Source of the DNA: an uncultured Candidatus Actinomarina sp.
GTDB lineage: Bacteria > Actinomycetota > Acidimicrobiia > Actinomarinales > Actinomarinaceae
Reading direction: 5' to 3'
Assembly: GCA_902634185.1 (NCBI GenBank)
Contig: CACPJC010000002.1
Location: 1 to 64,000, forward strand
Length of the DNA: 64,000 bases
Below the pieces are notes generated by a model that was given only the letters and a program-made list of their open reading frames with translations, made no database searches and was not told where the DNA came from. This document shows positions 58,600 to 64,000 of this stretch, piece by piece. A program made the position numbers and the translations under genes. Position 1 is the stretch's first letter. Every line of letters starts with the position of its first letter.

Positions 58600-59704
58600 C
58601 TTAAAGTATGTAACTTATCAAAGTTTTCCTTCTGAAAAAGCAAATACAATTCAGACTATTGATAATGTGAACTATTTAACAAAATATTTTCAAGTTGAAC
58701 TCATTTTTCCGTTAAGAGAAAAAAATAGCTCTGATGATATGAATATATTAAAAAATTACTATCAAATAGACAAAAATGTGAAAGTTCGTGGAGTATTACA
58801 TAATTATCCGTTTGGGAAAATTAAAATATTTCAGAACCTTTTATTTATTATCAGTCAGTTACTGTGGTCAAAAAAAATAGTAAAAAAAATAGGAAGTAGT
58901 AATAAAGACTATTTTTTTACTAGATCTGACTGGGTTTTTTATTTCCTTGCTAGAAAAAACAAAAGAGTGGTTTTTGAATGTCATCAATTATCAAAAACAA
59001 GAAAGTTCGTAATGAAAAAATCTATTGAGTATGATCATTCAAAAATAATTTTTCTAAATAACTTATTGAAAGCTGATTCTGGGATCGATAATAAAAAGTT
59101 TGAAGATAAATTAATAGTTTTACATAATGGTGTCGATTCTAATTTATTTAAGTCGAATACTGCTAAAGATAAAAAAAGAGTAATTTTTATTGGAAACCTA
59201 AAAAGATTTGGAGAGAATAGAAATCTTGACTTCTATATCTCTACATTCAAAAATAAAAATATGCCAATCGATTTTAAATTCACAATAATTGGGACACCAA
59301 GAGCTGAAGTTGATAGATTAAATAAATATATAAAAAAAACTGGGTTGCAGAAAAATGTTGAAGTAAAACACTGGGTCAAACGTCAAGAAGCAATTGAAGC
59401 ATTGAATAAATCAAGTATTGGGTTGTTACTAAATACAAAAAATAATGAACATTCAGTAAAATATACTTCTCCTTTAAAATATTTTGAATACATTTATGGA
59501 AAACTAAAAGTAGTAGCAACTAACTATCCAGCACATAATGACTTACCTTTTTCAAATAAGATATGTTTTTTTGAAAATGAAAATGTGGAAAGTTTTATAT
59601 CATCTTTGAAAAAAGCTGATCAAGAAGATCCCTTAAATCCTGAAGAATTGGAATCAGTAACTTTAAGAAAAAGAGCTGAGGAAATATTTAAATTTATTCT
59701 TTAG
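58589..59704 (+). CDS. GT4-like glycosyltransferase
   Basis: KANTIQ, FECH, HNGVD, TSPLKYFEY. Confidence 0.85.
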   Translation: MKTNLKYVTYQSFPSEKANTIQTIDNVNYLTKYFQVELIFPLREKNSSDDMNILKNYYQIDKNVKVRGVLHNYPFGKIKIFQNLLFIISQLLWSKKIVKKIGSSNKDYFFTRSDWVFYFLARKNKRVVFECHQLSKTRKFVMKKSIEYDHSKIIFLNNLLKADSGIDNKKFEDKLIVLHNGVDSNLFKSNTAKDKKRVIFIGNLKRFGENRNLDFYISTFKNKNMPIDFKFTIIGTPRAEVDRLNKYIKKTGLQKNVEVKHWVKRQEAIEALNKSSIGLLLNTKNNEHSVKYTSPLKYFEYIYGKLKVVATNYPAHNDLPFSNKICFFENENVESFISSLKKADQEDPLNPEELESVTLRKRAEEIFKFIL

Positions 59705-59778
59705 CACGCCTGGAGGGATTCGAACCCCCAACCCTCTGATCCGAAGTCAGATGCTCTATCCAGTTAAGCTACAGGCGC
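59705..59778 (-). tRNA. tRNA-Arg(TCG)
   Basis: Acceptor GCGCCTG/CAGGCGT, anticodon arm TCTGA-CTTCGGA-TCAGA, GGTTCGAATCC. Confidence 0.93.
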
Positions 59779-59835
59779 AAGGCAAAATAAAAAATATATT
59801 CTTTGCATATTTTTATTTCTATAATAGTTTCAACA

Positions 59836-60570
59836 ATGAATAGTGTATTAGTACTAAAGACAGAAATCACTTCAACTACTGTTGAATTTATCTCAAAATA
59901 TTTAAAAAATGAAAATTCGAAAACAGTCGCTATTTGTAATGCCAATACACTAGTAAGATCCTATCGCAATTCTGAAATTCAAGAAAAGATAAATTCATTT
60001 GATATCAAGGCACCTGACGGATTTCCAGTTGCAAAAGCATCTAAGATTTTATATAAAAATAATCAAAAAAGAGTAGACGGTTATAAAGTTTTTCATGAAA
60101 CAATAAAAAATGGAATTGATTCAAACTTATCTCATTATTTTTATGGAAGCAATGAAAAGGTTATTACTTTGATGACTAAAAATTTAAAAAAAGAATATCC
60201 CAAAATAAATATCTCTGGTTACAAATGTCCCCCAATAAAGACCTACAAAGAGCTTTGTGAAAAAGAGTATGTAGAGGACATGATAAAGCAAAATCCTGAC
60301 ATAATTTGGGTGTCTTTAGGATTTCCAAAACAAGAAGAATTTATATTAATGTTAAAAAATAAATACAAGATAAATTCAAATATTGTAGGAATAGGAGCTG
60401 TTTTTGAATGGGTTGCTGAAACAAAAATAAAAGCTCCTGAGTGGGTTGCTAATATTGGTTTTGAGTGGATATTGAGATTAATGCAAGAACCAAAAAGATT
60501 ATTTAGACGTTATTTGATTGATAACTTTTTATTTATAATTTATTTTATAAGACAATATTTAAGTAAATAA
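59836..60570 (+). CDS. WecG/TagA/CpsF family glycosyltransferase (GT26)
   Basis: PDG, RVDG, VSLGFPKQE, GIGAVF, EWILRLMQEPKRLFRRY. Confidence 0.9.
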   Translation: MNSVLVLKTEITSTTVEFISKYLKNENSKTVAICNANTLVRSYRNSEIQEKINSFDIKAPDGFPVAKASKILYKNNQKRVDGYKVFHETIKNGIDSNLSHYFYGSNEKVITLMTKNLKKEYPKINISGYKCPPIKTYKELCEKEYVEDMIKQNPDIIWVSLGFPKQEEFILMLKNKYKINSNIVGIGAVFEWVAETKIKAPEWVANIGFEWILRLMQEPKRLFRRYLIDNFLFIIYFIRQYLSK

Positions 60571-62214
60571 ATGTATCTACTAAAAAATTTAATAAGAAAT
60601 TTAGAAAATGATTTAAGCGATAAAGGTGTATCAGAGTCCATTGTTTTACGAACATCAAACGTACCAAACTTTGATTTTCAAATTAATAATTTAGTTAAAC
60701 TCGAAAAAAGTAGTGAGATAGAAGATATTGAAAAATCATTTTCAAAAATACTTCATGATGACCCAATAATAAAAAATTTTGAATTTACAAAGAACTATTT
60801 TATAAACCTTGAAATTAATATTCAAATGTATTTAAGTAATCATGAAAATTTAATTGAAAATATTAAAGTTTCTCATCAAAAAAATATAATTCTTGACTAT
60901 GGAGGACCAAATATTGGAAAACCTTTACATGTAGGTCATCTAAGATCATTAAATATTGGAAGAAGCCTTTATAACATTAATAAATTGGCTGGACATAATG
61001 TAGCTAACGATATACATCTGGGCGACTGGGGAATGCCAATCGCTCAAATTATTTGCTTTATCAATGAAAATAATATTAACTTAGAAGATATAAAAATAGA
61101 AGATCTAGAAGAAATTTATCCTAAAGCATCAAAACTATATCAACAAGATGAGGATTTTAAATCTTTGGCTCAAAATATAAATAAAGAATTAAACGAAAAT
61201 AAAGCTGATCTTATAAATAAATGGGAATTTATAAAAGAAGTTTCCATAAAAGCAATAAAAGAAACTTTGTCGTTACTCGATCATAATTTTGATCTTTGGA
61301 TGGGTGAAAGTGATGTCAATAGATTAATTCCAGAAATGATTGTCAACTTAAAAGATAATGAAAAAATATCCTTAGATAATGGAGCTTATATTTCTAATCT
61401 GGATACTGATCCAAAAATTCTTATTACAAAGTCAGATGGATCTTATCTTTATTTAACAACCGATCTTGCAACAGTTCTAAAGAGAAAAAAAGAGAATGAG
61501 GTTGATAAAACCTTATACATTGTCGACAAAAGACAAAAATTACACTTTGAACAACTTTTCGATTCCATAAAGTATTTTGAGTTAGGCAAAGAAGAATATA
61601 CTCATGTAGAATTTGGAACCGTAAATGATTTGAATGGCAATCCATTTAAAACAAGAGATGGGGATACAAAAAAGTTGATGGATTTGTTTGAAGAAACCTT
61701 ATCTAAACTAAAAACTATAAATAAAGATTTAGACGAAGAAACAAATAAAGTGCTTGCAAATACTGTTTTAACTTTTAGCGATCTAATAACCAATAGAAGG
61801 ACTGATTATAAATTTGATCTCGATAAATTTACAAACATTAGTGGTAAAACCGGTATCTATGTTCAGTACGCTTATGTCAGAGCTAGAAAACTTATTCAAG
61901 ATTCAAATATAGATATAAGTACTACAAATTTAGTTTTTTCAGAATTAGACGAAACAGACAATAATTTGTTAAAAAGTTTTCTAAAATTTGAATATTACTT
62001 TATCCAAGCTTTAAATAACAATGAACCTCATCATCTTGCTGACTATTTGTATGAGTTATCAAATCTTTTTAATTCAATGTATCAAAATGAGAGTATTTTA
62101 GAAAATAAAAATGAAACAAAAACGTTTAATAAACTTAAAATCACTCATTACTTTCAAAATTATTCAAAATTACTTATGAAATCATTAGGGATTCAACCAG
62201 TGGAAAAAATGTAG
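60571..62214 (+). CDS. argS: Arginine--tRNA ligase
   Basis: PNIGKPLHVGHLRS, HLGDWG, KSDGSYLY, FKTRDG, YVQYAY, C-terminal EKM. Confidence 0.95.
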   Translation: MYLLKNLIRNLENDLSDKGVSESIVLRTSNVPNFDFQINNLVKLEKSSEIEDIEKSFSKILHDDPIIKNFEFTKNYFINLEINIQMYLSNHENLIENIKVSHQKNIILDYGGPNIGKPLHVGHLRSLNIGRSLYNINKLAGHNVANDIHLGDWGMPIAQIICFINENNINLEDIKIEDLEEIYPKASKLYQQDEDFKSLAQNINKELNENKADLINKWEFIKEVSIKAIKETLSLLDHNFDLWMGESDVNRLIPEMIVNLKDNEKISLDNGAYISNLDTDPKILITKSDGSYLYLTTDLATVLKRKKENEVDKTLYIVDKRQKLHFEQLFDSIKYFELGKEEYTHVEFGTVNDLNGNPFKTRDGDTKKLMDLFEETLSKLKTINKDLDEETNKVLANTVLTFSDLITNRRTDYKFDLDKFTNISGKTGIYVQYAYVRARKLIQDSNIDISTTNLVFSELDETDNNLLKSFLKFEYYFIQALNNNEPHHLADYLYELSNLFNSMYQNESILENKNETKTFNKLKITHYFQNYSKLLMKSLGIQPVEKM

Positions 62215-62216
62215 AT

Positions 62217-62759
62217 CTAAAGAAATATTTGGGAAGATATTATCCAGGCAAAATAAATTAGACTGTATGAAAAAGTGTCAGAAAAATCTATGGTTCTTTT
62301 TAAATTATGCTGTAAAAACAAAATTAGGGGAATTGCAATGAATCCAGAAAAAGAAACTGCTTTTCCGATGTCAATGATGTCACTTATTATTAAATTAGAA
62401 GGATTTAAAAAGAATTGAAAGAAAATTAACGTAATAAGTGAAGTCAAAATAACAAAAATAATATTGATTATCAAGTCTTTAAAAGTTAGGTTATAAATTT
62501 TGAATACATTTAAAAATTCTACAGGCACAAACAAAACGAATAAAGCAACACAAAATAAAATTAAAAACCAAAATAAACCTTGAGCATTCCAGGTAATTAC
62601 TGATTTGTCTACTATACCAATTGATTCAAGTAAAAGATATACAGAATAACCCAAGATAGTGGTTCCCAGAGAAAATAAATATAATCCAAAAATACTAAAG
62701 AAATATTTTTTTTGAAAATTTAAACTGTTTAATTCCTGATTTAAATTTTGATAATTCAT
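62217..62759 (-). CDS. Hypothetical membrane protein
   Basis: About 5 TM segments. Confidence 0.6.
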   Translation of the reverse strand: MNYQNLNQELNSLNFQKKYFFSIFGLYLFSLGTTILGYSVYLLLESIGIVDKSVITWNAQGLFWFLILFCVALFVLFVPVEFLNVFKIYNLTFKDLIINIIFVILTSLITLIFFQFFLNPSNLIISDIIDIGKAVSFSGFIAIPLILFLQHNLKRTIDFSDTFSYSLIYFAWIISSQIFL

Positions 62760-62803
62760 ACTGTCATATATTAATGATTTTTATATTAAAATTAACTATA
62801 TAT

Positions 62804-63007
62804 ATGGAATTAATTGATACACCAAATCCAAATGCTAAAAAGATTGAAGTGGATATTCTAGATGATGAAATAATGAACAGTCTTAATAGTATCGAAGGTG
62901 TATCTTCAGTATTTTTAGGTCCCGGCTTTGTAACAATTACAAAATATGAAGATGTTGATTGGGAATTAATAACTCAAGATATTACCAACATCTTTGATAA
63001 ACTGTAA
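62804..63007 (+). CDS. NifU N-terminal (scaffold-like) domain protein
   Basis: TPNPNAKK, IEGVSSVF...FVTITK...DW. Confidence 0.8.
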   Translation: MELIDTPNPNAKKIEVDILDDEIMNSLNSIEGVSSVFLGPGFVTITKYEDVDWELITQDITNIFDKL

Positions 63008-63009
63008 AC

Positions 63010-63621
63010 ATGGAAACATTTAACGAAGACCCTAAACCAGGAAGATTAGTTTTACCCTTAGTCCTTATAGGTATGATTGCAACAACTTATACCTTCATAA
63101 ACAGAGTTTCATCAAACAATGATTTAGAAATTCAGCCTGTTACTGAAGAGGTTGTAGAGACAATAGTAGAAGATTCTACCCCAGAAGATACCACTACAAC
63201 TACTACTACAACTCTTCCAGATGAAGTAATTACCTATTTAGAAGAAATATCATCAGAAAAAATTCAATCTATAGATTTAGCAACTAAAGTTTTAGAAGCC
63301 AATGATAATTGGGACAATGACTCGATTACATATCAAGAAGCAAAAGACGAATTTGCCGAATTCATAGAAGATGCTCAACAATTTGTTGAGACAGTAGCAG
63401 AACCTGGTCCTCCATCAACTTTTGCTGGTCTAGTAAAAAGTCATGAAGAATTAAAATCTCTAGCTGAGCTAATATATGCCGATACTCAAGAGCTTTTAGA
63501 GGGACTAACTTCTTCAGACACAGGAGAACAAAGAGCTGCTGCTCTTGAATCATTTAATAATAATATAAATGGTTTTCAAGAAAAAATTGAAGAAATAGTT
63601 GCTATAAATACTTCAGGTTAA
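63010..63621 (+). CDS. Membrane-anchored acidic protein with Thr-rich linker
   Basis: N-terminal TM, DTTTTTTTTLP linker, helical acidic domain. Confidence 0.7.
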   Translation: METFNEDPKPGRLVLPLVLIGMIATTYTFINRVSSNNDLEIQPVTEEVVETIVEDSTPEDTTTTTTTTLPDEVITYLEEISSEKIQSIDLATKVLEANDNWDNDSITYQEAKDEFAEFIEDAQQFVETVAEPGPPSTFAGLVKSHEELKSLAELIYADTQELLEGLTSSDTGEQRAAALESFNNNINGFQEKIEEIVAINTSG

Positions 63622-64000
63622 GCTGAAGCGGCTGAACAAACTGTATCAATCATTACAGTTGCAATAACGTATGGATCTGCATTAGCATTTGGTCTTCTAT
63701 CTTCTAAATAGCCTTTTTTATCAACTTCTACTTGCCATGGTATACGTATTGATGCACCTCTATCACTGACACCGTAAGAAAAAGTGTCAAATCTTTGTGT
63801 TTCGTGGTCACCAGTTAGACGATCTTCTATTCCAGCACCATAGTTTTGTACATGAAATTCAGCGTTTTTACCTAGTGCTTCACAGCCGGCAACAATTGCA
63901 TCATAACCACCATCTTCTCTCATTTGCTTGGTTGAAAAGTTAGTGTGCATTCCAGCTCCATTCCAATCCCCTTTTACAGGTTTTGGAGTGAGAGTTGCTG
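63618..64000 (-). CDS. glnII: Glutamine synthetase type II, C-terminal part (gene starts beyond window)
   Basis: PKPVKGDWNGAGMHTNFST, RLTGDHET, DRGASIRIP, YLEDRRP. Confidence 0.9.
   Translation of the reverse strand, partial: ATLTPKPVKGDWNGAGMHTNFSTKQMREDGGYDAIVAGCEALGKNAEFHVQNYGAGIEDRLTGDHETQRFDTFSYGVSDRGASIRIPWQVEVDKKGYLEDRRPNANADPYVIATVMIDTVCSAASA

Noticed and set aside
63190-63213. ACN-rich tract as a contingency microsatellite
   Set aside because: Mixed Thr codons encode an ordinary low-complexity linker.

Overview
AT-rich, gene-dense bacterial DNA. The streamlined packing, many apparently leaderless genes, a Thr-rich secreted protein, an MpaB/DUF2236-type protein, GlnII and NrdJ suggest a low-GC marine actinobacterium such as Ca. 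Actinomarina (inference, not tested). The window runs from the 3' end of nrdJ to the 3' end of glnII and is dominated by a cell-surface glycosylation region. This includes gmd/fcl, an rmlB-like gene, a perosamine-type aminotransferase, many GT2/GT4/GT8/GT10/GT25/GT47/GT77-like enzymes, about seven GT-C-like membrane proteins, two O-antigen-ligase-like proteins, nine SAM methyltransferase domains, an ABC exporter, and WcaJ- and WecG-like transferases. Five tRNAs are present (Val-TAC, Phe-GAA, Asp-GTC, Lys-TTT, Arg-TCG). The most striking feature is a set of tiny integrase-less cassettes of 1972, 788 and 653 bp inserted at tRNA-Val and tRNA-Phe, the two tRNAs that face inward on either side of the island core. 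The two Val cassettes share one geometry: tRNA 3' core, a tandem 11-bp doublet 37 bp downstream, cargo, a matching doublet, a ~120-bp spacer with 10-bp-phased GATA repeats, and a second tRNA 3' core. The Phe cassette has a clear doublet and ~120-bp spacer only on its distal side. The doublet sequence differs between cassettes but matches at both ends of each Val cassette. No integrase is encoded in the window.
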